From: Naegleria gruberi
Taxonomy: Eukaryota
Assembly: GCA_000004985.1 (NCBI GenBank)
Contig: GG738851.1
DNA length: 64,000 nucleotides
Reading direction: 5' to 3' (one strand)
Made by a program: the position numbers and the translations under genes. Below, one piece after another: positions 11,240-23,088 of the stretch (the first letter of the stretch is position 1; each line of letters starts with the position of its first letter). The notes below the pieces were generated by a model, which saw nothing but the letters and a program-made list of their open reading frames with translations, made no database searches and had not been told where the DNA came from.

Positions 11240-12636
11240 TCAATAATCAGAACCTCTACTCAATACTTCCTTACAGGTTGGTCTCAAGAAGATGGTATGT
11301 TCAAATTGAGCAGTATAACATCCTTTAACATCTACAAATGGTGGATATTCATTGACTATTCCATTGTTAACCAAATCACGAAGAGCAGTGAGATATTTTT
11401 TTTGACCAGTTCTGTCCAAGTATCTACGACAAAATGGAATGGATCCAAAATGGTCATTGATGACTTTAAGTAGCTCTCTAGATTCCTTATTTTTCAATTC
11501 AGAACCGTCACCATTGTAGGTAAATTTTCTTCCATAATGTGAGCATACACCTTCTTCAATGACATATCCTTTTCCAGTGGAACCAAAAGTTTCAATTGCA
11601 AAGAATTCATTTTCTTCCATTTTGGTGTTATTAGAAGAAGCAACAATTGGAACTGATTTACCTGCATGAACATGATATCTTTCAATAGAATGTCCACACA
11701 AGTTTTGAATGCTTTTAACTCTGTGAGTTTTTCCATTAATAATCTATTAGTGGTAGTTCAATAAACAATTAACATTGTAAATAAATCAATTAATTCAAAA
11801 TAAATACGTACAACTTCATAAGATTCCATTACTTCTTGAATAGCAGCTCCAACATCTCCTAATCTAACATCAATGCCAGCTGTTCTGACACCCATGTTTG
11901 TTGCTTCCTTGACAGCATCCAACAATGGCTGATATTGATCATTCCAACACATGGTAAATGCAGAATCAATAATGGTTCCATTTACATGAGTTCCCAAATC
12001 AAACTTGATCACATCATCCTTTCCAATAAGAGTTTCATCTCCACCATTTGGTGAATAATGAGCAGCAACATGATTGATGGAACAACCCAATGGAAATGCG
12101 AGTCCACTCTTCTTCTTGTCAGCTTCCAACAATTCTCTAACCTTTGCTTCATACATTTCAGCTGCATCAATAACCTTCATTCCAGGTTTAACAACTGAAT
12201 CCTTGAACCATTTTCTGGCAGTTCTATGAACCTCAGCTGCTTGTCTTGCTTCCATGAGCTGTTCTTGTAACTTTTCCTCTCTTTCTTCAGTATTAGGTTT
12301 CAATTCGGAAGGATGAAATCTCTTGGTCTTGTAATCATATTGTCCCAATTCACAGATTTCTCCCTCTGGAAACTTTCCGTCCTTATACAAATGCTTGATT
12401 GGTACAGTTGGTTCAGGTTGAGTTTGTTCAGTTGGCCATACTTTTTGTTTGTTTGAATGATTGTTAACTGATGGAATTGGCTTTGAGCTTTCCTTTTCAT
12501 TCTTCTTGCTCATTTCCATCAAAAACTTCATCTCATCATCAAAATGGGTGTTTACATTCTTCTTCTTGGAAGTAGTTGAGCCGCCGCCTCTGGTAGATAG
12601 AGTTTGTGCTGATAAAGTGCTCTTCTTGATGGACAT
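11240..12636 (-). CDS. METAP2: Methionine aminopeptidase 2 (MetAP2, M24A peptidase). It has two exons, 12636..11812 and 11744..11240, separated by a 67-bp GTACGT..AG intron at 11745..11811.
   Basis: The N-terminus is poly-Lys/Ser. The pita-bread catalytic core carries [28 protein letters not shown], ..[47 protein letters not shown] and the C-terminal [27 protein letters not shown]. The splice restores the conserved ...SYEV|IINGK junction. Confidence 0.85.
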
Positions 12637-13376
12637 TATTTTACTATTGTTTTAAATATATTTAATATTTATATTGTTGTCGCTGTGATCCGTGTGATCC
12701 GAGGGTTGTTGTTATTACTATTGTTTTGACTTGTGGTTAAAACAAATATTTTGAATTAAAGGTGAAAGATAAGTAGAAGCTTTTTTTTCTTTCAAGTTTT
12801 AAATATTAAAAATTGTAAAGTTAGAATTATTATAAAAAATATTCAATAACAATGGACAATGGATTAAAAGAGGACTTACTGATTGGTGGAGTGGTTTTGA
12901 GTGATGAAACGCTAAGAATTTCCGAGTATCACCACGACATTATCTAAATGGTAGAAATTGCAATTTTAATAATTATTGAATTGTCATCATCATACTATTA
13001 ATTAATTTTCATCACAACCCGATAATTCTCCAACACCATCACCATTTCTTTTCCATCATTACTAATATTTCCAAAAAATTTTATCATCTCGGAATAAAAT
13101 TTAATTTACCGTGAACACTTTCATGAAATGCACTACACAACATCTCCATAATCATTTGGTATAATAATCAGAGATATTTTCGAAATCAATCACCATCCTC
13201 GATCAAAAACTTCACCCTGTCATGCATCAACTCAAATTGCACAAGTATTGTGAAACCATTCCAAATTCAATCTAAGGCGAAACTGTCACCGGTTAAAATC
13301 AACACATTATTTAGGAACCATTTTACATTTTCATTGGACCATTGTATTCAAAACTTTCTAATAAGAACAACAAAAA

Positions 13377-15277
13377 ATGTCTCTACATCAAACACCACGA
13401 AAACAATCAACAGTTTCTTCATCCTCCTCCAACAACATTCACGTGGTGTTGCCATTCAATATCTTGATCAATCCATCAATAATCTATGACAATTCAAATG
13501 TCAATCGGTCAAACACACCAACCACAAATCACAGTACTGGCAATAGTAGTTTTCATAACCATAAATTCAACGCCTCTCCTTCATCCTCACCATCAATACA
13601 AAGTGTGAATAGTGATAATTCCAGTATTGATAGCTCATCAAATTTTACTCAAAGTTCAACACGTAAAATGACAACTGGCATTTCGACAATGGGAGAAAAA
13701 CAAATTGAAATGCAATTACAATGGCTTCATATTATGAAAGAAGAGTTTCTGAAATATATTGAAAAGAAGTCAAAACTTTCGAATGAAATGGAATTGAAAA
13801 TGCTTTTTCTCGAACATTTCTATGATCCAATAAGTGATAAAGTTCATGTAAAGAGTTTTAGGTCAATTGAGGATGTTTTACAGAGATTAGACTTGTTTTG
13901 TTCGAAAGTTCTGAAATGGTTAATGCCTGAAGATTGGATAGAAGTTGAAAAGATAAGAAATGAGCAGAAAGAACATTCAATTGTGTTTTATTTGAGACAA
14001 TTGGCGGGAAAACTGAAAACTATCAAGTTATTTCAACATGAATATTTGAGAGAATTTATTGACGAACAAGCTAGATATGAAATTGCAAAGGAAACCGATG
14101 GAAACAAGACGAATATTTCGAGTGTTGCATCAGAAGAGGAAATTACTGTTGTAATTAATGTTTCTCCAAAAAATTCTACAACAGATGCGCCTTCAGATCA
14201 GGAAACTAATAAGGAAATTACTGAAGATCCATTCAAATTTTTACTGGAACAGATCAAATTGATTTGTTCCATGTTTTCAATAGAATTGGGAGATTGGTTC
14301 AATTTTTTCGAATTTAAAAAGAGAAAAAAGTTTAAGAAATGGTTTGAAACTGGATTAAAGGATCAATGCATTCCAAAATATGTTTTGGAAATTTACAAAA
14401 GAAAAAAGGAATCTGCAGAAAAGGCAAACAAGGAATTCATGTTCAAGAATGAAGATTTAAATCAAAAGTACATTATTGAATCGGATTGGTATTATACTCA
14501 TTGGATTTCCAAGCAACATACAGATGATTGGTATGTTACCTATTCAGACATGCCAAATGTAGTGCAATGGAATTCAGACATTGATCGTTCAGTAGAAAAA
14601 CTAGGATTGAAAAATACCAAAATCATTGGCTATGCAAATTATCCAGTTTCTCAAGTTGTGAAATCAAACTCTAACGATGAGCATTTGAGATATCTATTTG
14701 GAGATGTCAACTGGTACAGTTTCACACCAATTAATATGGCACATTCCATACAGAAATATCCACACGCTTTAATGGTTACCACTTTCAAGTTTGGTCCATT
14801 GTTTGCAGCACGCGAAATTCAAAATGTCTTTTCTGCAAAGTCATCATTTTTGGGTAGTAGAATGACTGAGAGTTCAATTATATTCAAATCAAGCGATTAT
14901 TTCAATGTAAGTACACAATTGGTAATTTTTGTAAATTAATCACAAACTCTTAGAATAAGGAAACGAAAGATTTAATTAAGGTTCCATTCATTGGTGGCAG
15001 AATTTTCAATATGGTCGACAAGAATCGAACCAGATATATTGAAATCAGAACACTCAACATTGGTGGATTGTTGGGAACAAAGATTCTCTATTCGAATCCA
15101 CTCACCTCCAAGAAATTATGCCTGCAGAATTATCATGGCATTCTGAAGGCAGTGAAGGATAATGAGGCAAGGGGACATAAACTCCCATCTCCAGACGAAA
15201 ATTATTTGGCCAGATTGTTTAATAATTATTGTACCGTTTATTGTAAATTTGATTTGAGTAAGGACGCAATTTTGTAA
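13377..15277 (+). CDS. Hypothetical protein, ~600 aa. It is a paralogue of the gene at 55500-57536. It has two exons, 13377..14906 and 14981..15277, separated by a 74-bp GTAAGT..AAG intron.
   Basis: The ATG is at 13377. The N-terminus is Ser/Asn-rich. The C-terminal half aligns with the 55500-57536 product. DWYVTYSDMPNVVQWNSDIDRSVEKLGLKNTKIIG aligns with DWYLTYKKQSGELIQWCTKSDFSVDKLGAKTMKMIG. The second-exon start VPFIGGRIFNMVDKNRTRYIEIRTLN aligns with VPLVGSRFLQKLDNNRTRYIELKMLN. Confidence 0.7.
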
Positions 15278-15550
15278 ATAAATTTAACTCATCCTAAGAC
15301 ATCTAACTATTTAGATGAGCAATTCTTCATCACATTTGTGCCGGTTTCTTGAAATGCTGATTAAAACTCAGTTTTATTAAGTGGTGTTGATCTGTCCCGT
15401 TATTATTACAATCCTCTCTATTCCAATTGAAAAGTCTTGTGAAGATGTTGTTGTAATGTGGTTGGATTCTAATTTGAAATAGAGTGGCGCTGTTGACTAA
15501 AGTCGGGATACACAATAAACAACAAATAATATAAAGTATCTAAACATAGT

Positions 15551-17023
15551 TTGCTAACCAACTTTAACTTACAAAAAAACAACAACAATATGAAGTACAT
15601 CACTCTACTACTGTTAATCCTTTCTATTACCATTGTTGTTGACAATCGTCCAATTCAAACTCATACAAGTACAAGACACCAAGAAGAAATTGGAAACTTA
15701 TTTGATTTATTTAGACCTGGTTTTCAATACACTGGCAATCATTCCATCAATAATGTTAAAATCAATACTAAAAGTAATATCCAATATTCACCAATCATAC
15801 TAGTTGGTGGATTGGGTGGTTCTGCACTCATGTCACAGAGAAATCAATCGACCAGTGAACCTCATTGGTGGTGTGAAAAAACTACTGATCCATTTCAAAT
15901 CTGGTTATCTGTTAAAGAGATGGTTCCCTTCTTTACAGAAGATTGCTTTGTCAATGACATGTCGCTTATATTGAAGGATGGATTAGTTCGCCAAAAAGAT
16001 TCACGTGTGAAGATTTTCGGAAAGGATGTTGGGGGATTGGATGGATTGAATTCAATTCTCTCTGAATTTCAAAGCAAGTTTTACTACATGAAGCCAATAG
16101 CAGATTTCCTCGTTGCAAATGGAAATTATCAAGTTGGAAAGAGTTTGAGAGGTTTCACATACGATTGGAGATTGAGTGTGAGAGAGTGGGCAAATAATAC
16201 CAATTCTGTTGGTGGAGATTTCTTCATTTTGAAAAAACTGATTGAGGATACTTATACCATTAATGGAAATGTGAAGGTTTCACTATTGGGACATTCAATG
16301 GGAGCACCTTTCTTACAATATTTCCTTGCCAACTTTGTAAATCAAGCATGGAAAGATCAGTATATTTATAATTACATTCCAGTGGCTGGTCCTTTCGATG
16401 GAAGTCCATTTTCATTGGTAAGTATAATTGTTTAAAATGATTGTAAACGTGTAAAGATACTATTCGCACTTGGAACTAATTGGCAAATTCCAACATTCGA
16501 ATTTGAAAAGGCAAGAAAAATTGTCAGAGAATTTCCTTCAGTATTATTCATGTCTCCAAACAAATTTCCTTACAATTATCCATTTTTCACCTATGGAACT
16601 CAAAATTATCATGTTGAGCTTTCGGATATTGAAAATTTCTTTTCAAATGCTCAAGTTCCAAATGGATACAAACTCTACCAACATGAATACAGCCAATACA
16701 AGAATAATCGATATAATGCACCTAATGTAACCACCCATTGCATCTATGGTTATGGAATTCCAACAGTAACTCACATTGAATATTCAGGCAGCAAGGAATT
16801 GAAAGACTTGACCTATAAAGACGTCCTCAACAATATGAATACAGTGAATAGAGAAGATGGTGATGGAACTGTGCCATTATATTCAATGCAAATTTGTGAT
16901 GAGTTTGCCAAATATCAACAACAGCAAGTTCATGTCCATCGATTTTTCAATTCCACTCACGGAAGTATCATGAATGAAGAGAGGGTCTTCCGAACCATTC
17001 TGAATATTCTCCAATTTAATTAA
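15551..17023 (+). CDS. LCAT / group XV phospholipase A2-like acyltransferase (PF02450 family), secreted. It has two exons, 15551..16417 and 16457..17023, separated by a 39-bp GTAAGT..AAG intron.
   Basis: There is a signal-peptide-like N-terminus. The translation shows PIILVGGLGGSAL, WWCEKTTDPFQIW, the lipase nucleophile motif LLGHSMGAPF, and a second exon with GDGTVP (catalytic Asp) and a conserved His region. The splice is in frame (FSL|ILFALGTNWQIP). Confidence 0.75.
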
Positions 17024-17341
17024 TAATAATTAATTTAATATCAAATTCTTCTTGTAACAATAATCCACCACATTTAATAATACCTTTCCAACTCCAATTT
17101 TTAATCAATTCAATACATCTAGTCTTTAGAAGGCTTTGAAAACTTCATCTAATTCGTCATCACCACCCGAAGCCAATTTTTTTTAATTAAAAAAAAAATA
17201 AAAAATATTTGTGATGATGCAAACGCCAAGTCATCAAAAAGATTACAAAAACAACAAATATTATTTTTCCCAAGTTCATCCCTGTTCTAGAGAGATTGAC
17301 ACAAGATATTAATAATTTAAATATTTCGTCATCATAAAAAA

Positions 17342-18796
17342 ATGCTCTCACTTTCAAACTCGGAAAATCAAACACGATCTTTGGAAAAAATTCTTGATCA
17401 GGTTGATGATATTGATGACGATAAGAATAATGATCGCGGAATAATAGAAGGCTATACACCATTTATTATTGATTGTTCTAAATTTTCATCACTTCCTGAT
17501 GAGTTGTTGATTGAAATTTTTCAATATGTTGGAGTGAATCCGTTCGAGATGATGTCACTCTCGCATACTTGTAGACAATGGAAGGAATTGATTAATTCGC
17601 AATTTAGAGTTTGGCAATATGTTCCATTGACTATTTCTAGATCAAAAATTGTTCGTGGAACAAAGGATGAAGTTGGACACTTGTTGTTGAAATATTTTGA
17701 TCGTTTTAGTCCTGTATATTACAAAAATCCAAAATATGCAAAAGTTTACAAGCAATTTGATGTACAATATGAGAAATATATTAGAGATAAGGTTTATGAA
17801 AATAAGATTAAGGAGAGTGAAGTTCCAGCTCTTTTGAAAGCATTCAAAAAGCCAATTATTGTTTCTACTGATCAATTTATTGACTTTCTCAAACATGTAA
17901 AGAAGGAAAAACTTTCAGCTGAACGTTTGAGAAAAACTAGAGATTATTTCGATTCAATTTCTTCAAATGTGTCAAAATGGACAGTTAGAGGCTACTTGCT
18001 CCTTTTAATGGCATTGCTTATCAATATTTGTGTGAGTATGGGACTTTTTGGAGAAACACCAGAGGCAGACAGATCACTAGATAAGGGACTATGGTGGTTA
18101 CCATGGTCTTTTGTTCCAATGCATGCCATTATCATTTATTCATACATTGTTGTTGCTGGTCTCGCAGTTAATGAGTCCTTTAAATTCAAGAGTAGATCAG
18201 AAATTGGAGTGATGGCCATTTTCTTTTTGGTATTATCAGTCTTGACCTGGATCTTTACCAGCTTCAAGTATGACATGTATGAGAAAGCAGGTGTAGAGCT
18301 TTCATATTGGCAAAATAGATTATTTCCCCAAGTCCACCTTCTATACCTCTTACCTTTCATTATCATATCAGGTATTGGTACCATAATTCCTGCCTCTGAA
18401 ACATTCTTCCAACATTTTTATAGGACCAACAAGTTCCCATTCTTCTCAGCCAACATTCCTTGGGCATCATTGGATAGAGACAAACTTACTGTATTTGCTA
18501 CCTTCTTGTTATGTGAATTTTCACTCCTTGGCTTTTCATTCTTTGGTGAGAAATTGGGATCTAAATATTCATTTATTCCAATGATTCTTGGAGGTATTTT
18601 AGGAGGAATTCAAGCCATAAAATACAACTATAATAGAAGTGACACGACCAGTCAAATGTTTAGTGTGCTACCAATTTTTGGTTCGATTGCTGTTGGATGT
18701 TTGGCTTACCAATCATTCAATTATTGGTCATTTATTCCATTAACACTTGGAGTTGGAGCCATTATTGGATATGGATTAATTAAGAAGGATTTGTAA
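17342..18796 (+). CDS. F-box domain protein with a C-terminal multi-pass (about 6 TM) membrane domain
   Basis: The F-box is LPDELLIEIFQYVGVNPFEMMSLSHTCRQWKELI. Several hydrophobic helices follow. Confidence 0.65.
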   Translation: MLSLSNSENQTRSLEKILDQVDDIDDDKNNDRGIIEGYTPFIIDCSKFSSLPDELLIEIFQYVGVNPFEMMSLSHTCRQWKELINSQFRVWQYVPLTISRSKIVRGTKDEVGHLLLKYFDRFSPVYYKNPKYAKVYKQFDVQYEKYIRDKVYENKIKESEVPALLKAFKKPIIVSTDQFIDFLKHVKKEKLSAERLRKTRDYFDSISSNVSKWTVRGYLLLLMALLINICVSMGLFGETPEADRSLDKGLWWLPWSFVPMHAIIIYSYIVVAGLAVNESFKFKSRSEIGVMAIFFLVLSVLTWIFTSFKYDMYEKAGVELSYWQNRLFPQVHLLYLLPFIIISGIGTIIPASETFFQHFYRTNKFPFFSANIPWASLDRDKLTVFATFLLCEFSLLGFSFFGEKLGSKYSFIPMILGGILGGIQAIKYNYNRSDTTSQMFSVLPIFGSIAVGCLAYQSFNYWSFIPLTLGVGAIIGYGLIKKDL

Positions 18797-18853
18797 ATGA
18801 GAATGATTATAAATTTATAATCAAATTAATTATTAATATTGCTTATTAGTAGA

Positions 18854-20116
18854 TTAGACATTTTTCAATTCTTCATCCTTTTTCTTGGAAGATCCTTTTG
18901 TTTCAACTTGTTCATCATCTCCTTCATCTGGTTTCTCATCGAAACAACTCTTCATTGATCCGCAACAAGATAGGAAGTTACCAATTTTCATCAATAATTT
19001 ACCAAAACAACCTGGTTCCTTCTCATGATTAATATCATCTCCCAACTTGTCTTCCATTTGTTCTAGTGGTTTGTAAATATATTTCAATGCTGCTGTAAAA
19101 CCAAAAATTACAGCTCTCTGAACTGTATAAGCAGCAATGAAGAGGAATGAGTCCACAAAAATGGAAACTGAGGCTAGAATTAACATGATCACAATGAGTT
19201 GAGCCAACACTGTTTGAACCACAATGACAACAGGAATATACTTGGCAGCTGTCTTTCTTTTCTTTGTAATTTTTCCATAATGTGAATTGAGCAATTCATT
19301 TCTCAATCTATTTGACAAGATCAAGTTGACTATTCCAGTAATGAATGAAAGAATTAATGTGACTCCAGCCACAGCAATGGATGCATAGAAAATACCATAC
19401 GAGGCTTGATAAGCTCTCTCAGCATCAACTGAGGAAGAGAATGGAACACTCAAACAAATGATAATTGCTGGAACCAGCAAACACATCATGAAAATTTCAC
19501 ATCCAGTTGCGAACCATGTATAATACTTGACCAATTTGGATTGCGTAGCCTTTTGCTCACCTTCCTTTCCTTGCATCCAGTATCTCTTTGGATTGTAGTA
19601 TAATTCGTGCAATTTAATCGAAATGACACATTGAGAGAGGAAGAATAAACTTGCACTCAGAACAATACATTCATAGTTGAGCATTTGGAGTGTCTTTCCA
19701 ACTGCCTGATTCTTTTGTGCTAAATTAGATGTTGCAGATGCAATACCAGTTGTTGAACCGAATAGTTGAAGAGCTGCTAATCCAATAGCAACAGCTTGGA
19801 ACAATCTTTTGTTTTTCACATTCTTTACCCACTGAACCAAATAGCTGATAATCTTGAATGCCAAGAGAATGGAGAAGGTAGGAAGAGAAACACCATCCAC
19901 GATCAGTGTCATTACATTTTGTCCCGTAGAATAGGTGGCAAGAGATGTGTTATTGTTCGGAAAGACATAATTTGAGTCTATTGTTCCATTTGAATTTGAT
20001 GAAGAAGAATTTGATTGCAAAGTGTTAGCAGTTTCCAACAGTGAGTAAACAATATCAATCAATGGAAAGGTTGCAATGGACTGCATGTTTTTTTGAAAGA
20101 TTCTGCAACATGTCAA
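18854..20116 (-). CDS. Multi-pass integral membrane protein (about 7-8 TM), acidic/Lys-rich C-terminus, function unknown
   Basis: A 420-aa ORF has repeated hydrophobic segments such as VMTLIVDGVSLPTFSILLAFKII and LIVIMLILASVSIFV. Confidence 0.55.
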   Translation of the reverse strand: MTCCRIFQKNMQSIATFPLIDIVYSLLETANTLQSNSSSSNSNGTIDSNYVFPNNNTSLATYSTGQNVMTLIVDGVSLPTFSILLAFKIISYLVQWVKNVKNKRLFQAVAIGLAALQLFGSTTGIASATSNLAQKNQAVGKTLQMLNYECIVLSASLFFLSQCVISIKLHELYYNPKRYWMQGKEGEQKATQSKLVKYYTWFATGCEIFMMCLLVPAIIICLSVPFSSSVDAERAYQASYGIFYASIAVAGVTLILSFITGIVNLILSNRLRNELLNSHYGKITKKRKTAAKYIPVVIVVQTVLAQLIVIMLILASVSIFVDSFLFIAAYTVQRAVIFGFTAALKYIYKPLEQMEDKLGDDINHEKEPGCFGKLLMKIGNFLSCCGSMKSCFDEKPDEGDDEQVETKGSSKKKDEELKNV

Positions 20117-20319
20117 ACAAGAAGACGCAAAGTGACAGCAGGGAGTTTACACTTCGATATTTGGAGAGGTGTAGCAGTCAGGATCTCCTTCATCCCATAT
20201 TTGGGTCGGTTGAACTTTTTGAAATTTGGCATGTTTTCCAAAAGTGAATCTGGTTATGTGTTTATTATACAGTAAAATTGTGTAAAGAACAAGGACTCTG
20301 AAAATATATAAGCAGCTCT

Positions 20320-21630
20320 CTAGTTTTGAACCTCCTTTTCATACACAAAAGAGAACAGAGTTATTGGGTCCTTATCCTTTGATTCATAGACGATGGATAC
20401 TATCTTTACAATATTGGTTGAAAATAGGGGCATTGAAATATCAACTCCTTTAGAAACAACTCTCTTGACAAACTTGGCCCTCTTGATGACCAGCTGACCA
20501 GAATAACACAACGGCCACCAACCATAAATTAAGGCTTTCAAGAAGGTGATGAACTGCTCTCTAAAGTGTTTGAAAATTGGAGCTGGAAGAGGTTGCACTC
20601 TCGTCTTTCTGTAGTCTCCCTCTTGCTCAAAAGCATTACTCAATTGTCTGTTAATTTCCTTAATAAACTCGCCATTTGCCACTCCTGCTCTTCCACTTGC
20701 ACTATATCTCAATGATTTTATCAAATCACCTAGTATTCCCTTTATGGAGAATAATTTTGTTGCACTCGAAACGAATGAAGTTGAATCAGTGTGATTCGAT
20801 TGTAAAACTTCATACAAAATTGGATCCTTCTCCAATCTAACTTCTGCTTGATTTGCCTTATATTCATTCTTTCTCAATTTACTCTCGTACATGTCAATAA
20901 TTTGCTCAAACGAAACCTTGAAGGCATGGAAGGATTTATATTTACAGCTGCCCTCTGTGTGTTGATCTACAAAACCAATTAATACTCTATCTGGAACCAT
21001 AGATGGTTCATTTCTCTTGTGTTTGTTTCTTCTCTTCAGTCTTCCATTAATGATTCGAGGACGATCGTGGGCTGGTGTTGAGAAACTAGTCATTATACTA
21101 CTGCTACTAGAAGAATTACTTAATGGACTCGGTGATGGACACGAACTCAATGGAACACCATATGAAAATAATGACCTCGTATAGAAAATAGAATCGTGTG
21201 GATTGGAAAAGTATGTCCACAACCATTGTTGTGCCCACCACTGAGCTTGTCTACTTCCCACAAAATTTGTAACCATTGATTTGAGTTGAAAACATGATTT
21301 GGCCACTCGATTACTCAAATCCATTAATGGGACATACTCGAAAATAGTATCCTTAAGTAAATCAATCACTTCAAACCATTTGTTTGGATTACTCAATTTG
21401 ATTGGTTTGAGATCATGAGTTGATTTTGAATATCGGATGGAATGAGAACTCTTTCGATTCTCTGAATGTAAATCCAAGTCTTCAAGCCCTAAATGTTGAC
21501 CAATCACAATATCATCATCAATACGATGGATGGTTTTGGACATGAGCGAGTAAGATGAACCTCCTTCAGGAAGAGAAGTAAAATTATCACTCCTTTGCTT
21601 CTTATTGGTAAGGAAAAATCCTAAAACCAT
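20320..21630 (-). CDS. Hypothetical protein (436 aa), no domain recognised
   Basis: A long ORF whose codon usage is similar to neighbouring genes. Confidence 0.45.
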   Translation of the reverse strand: MVLGFFLTNKKQRSDNFTSLPEGGSSYSLMSKTIHRIDDDIVIGQHLGLEDLDLHSENRKSSHSIRYSKSTHDLKPIKLSNPNKWFEVIDLLKDTIFEYVPLMDLSNRVAKSCFQLKSMVTNFVGSRQAQWWAQQWLWTYFSNPHDSIFYTRSLFSYGVPLSSCPSPSPLSNSSSSSSIMTSFSTPAHDRPRIINGRLKRRNKHKRNEPSMVPDRVLIGFVDQHTEGSCKYKSFHAFKVSFEQIIDMYESKLRKNEYKANQAEVRLEKDPILYEVLQSNHTDSTSFVSSATKLFSIKGILGDLIKSLRYSASGRAGVANGEFIKEINRQLSNAFEQEGDYRKTRVQPLPAPIFKHFREQFITFLKALIYGWWPLCYSGQLVIKRAKFVKRVVSKGVDISMPLFSTNIVKIVSIVYESKDKDPITLFSFVYEKEVQN

Positions 21631-22409
21631 TGTTATATATTGTTGTTATATGAATTCGCTTCAGAGAATATGTTGGGTATATTCTTCCCCGAGAAGAGTC
21701 AACAAGGTTGTACCAATAAAAAGTTTGGTCCACTCACTAGTCAGCTTAATGAGAAAGTTGCGTGTGGGGTGTTGTGTGTTTTTTTTGAGGTTTGTTGGTT
21801 ATTGATGGGAGGTGATATGGGGTTATCTAATAACCGAAGATTACTGTTTTGAATTACGGTACTGTAATCGTCTTTATTAGTCAAAACCAGACATTTATGG
21901 TGGTGGATCAATACGTATTTGAATGTCCTTAATAGATTGAGAATGCGAACCAGGGCTTAATAAATCTCATCAGCACAGAAATGAACGATGTTTACCATTT
22001 ACTACCAACAAGCTTTGTTTCTTAACAGAAAACAGAAAACGCCAACAACTGATACATGATGAACTTGTTGTACACCAAAACACATGCCACGTATTTTGTT
22101 GAAAAACTCTTTACTACAAAGCGAGATGATTCGCAAAGTTATTGGATAGTAGCTAAGCATGTGCTACCTCATTTGCCCTCTTGAAGATTACTGCTCGTAT
22201 CCATTACAATTGTGATTGCCCGCTTATTACCAAGCAACCAATAGGAATTTTTGAAGGAGTTTTGCAATGATTACCAAATAAAACCATAAAATTCAGAAAA
22301 AGCCAACAAGATGTTTCAAGTACATAATAATTTATACAATGATGTAATGTATTAATATTATCTGTGTGTAGTTAAGTACTAAGAGATTGAAGAATAGCAA
22401 CTAGAAAAA

Positions 22410-22952
22410 ATGTTTGAAAATCTCCCACCAGAGATCCAGATGGAAATTTTCAGTTTTTTATCATTGAAACATCTGGGAAGTATTCAATTATTGAATAAGA
22501 AGATTTCTCAGCAAATAATTGATTCGAAACAATTCTGGATTGCATTGTTGCATAATTACTCAAGAATTGTAAAACCCGATCATCAGAAAATTAAGAATAA
22601 TCAAAATAATAAGGAGGAAATTAATCATTCAGAAATTATTGAAACTTTGAAAGAATTAATTAGAGAACAATGCGAAAAAACAACCAAAATTCGATATGAA
22701 ATTGAACATACTAAAACAATGATCATTTCATTTAAATGTGCTAAAGAACAGAAAATGAATTACGTAAATTATTTAAACAAACAATCATCAAAAGCTGATT
22801 TGAAAATGGAGGGAATTGAGAATGAAGAAATGAAGGAGAAAGTTGTTTCAGAACTGCTAGCTAGATGTGAACTGTTTGAAGAACATAAGAATGACCTTGA
22901 GGAACAAACTCAAGCATTGCAAATCGAATTGGAAACTAACCTTGTCGATTGA
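22410..22952 (+). CDS. F-box protein with a C-terminal coiled coil
   Basis: The N-terminus is MFENLPPEIQMEIFSFLSLKHLGSIQLL. The C-terminal half is charged and heptad-like. Confidence 0.6.
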   Translation: MFENLPPEIQMEIFSFLSLKHLGSIQLLNKKISQQIIDSKQFWIALLHNYSRIVKPDHQKIKNNQNNKEEINHSEIIETLKELIREQCEKTTKIRYEIEHTKTMIISFKCAKEQKMNYVNYLNKQSSKADLKMEGIENEEMKEKVVSELLARCELFEEHKNDLEEQTQALQIELETNLVD

Positions 22953-23088
22953 CCTTTCAACTTTGACAATAAATATTAAAACAAATCAGAACTGAAAAGA
23001 AGCAAATATGGTAATTCAAAATGTTTGGAAATATTGTCCACAAGTCTTCAAAAAAACCTTAACTGACTTTAAAGGAGAACAAAATGGT

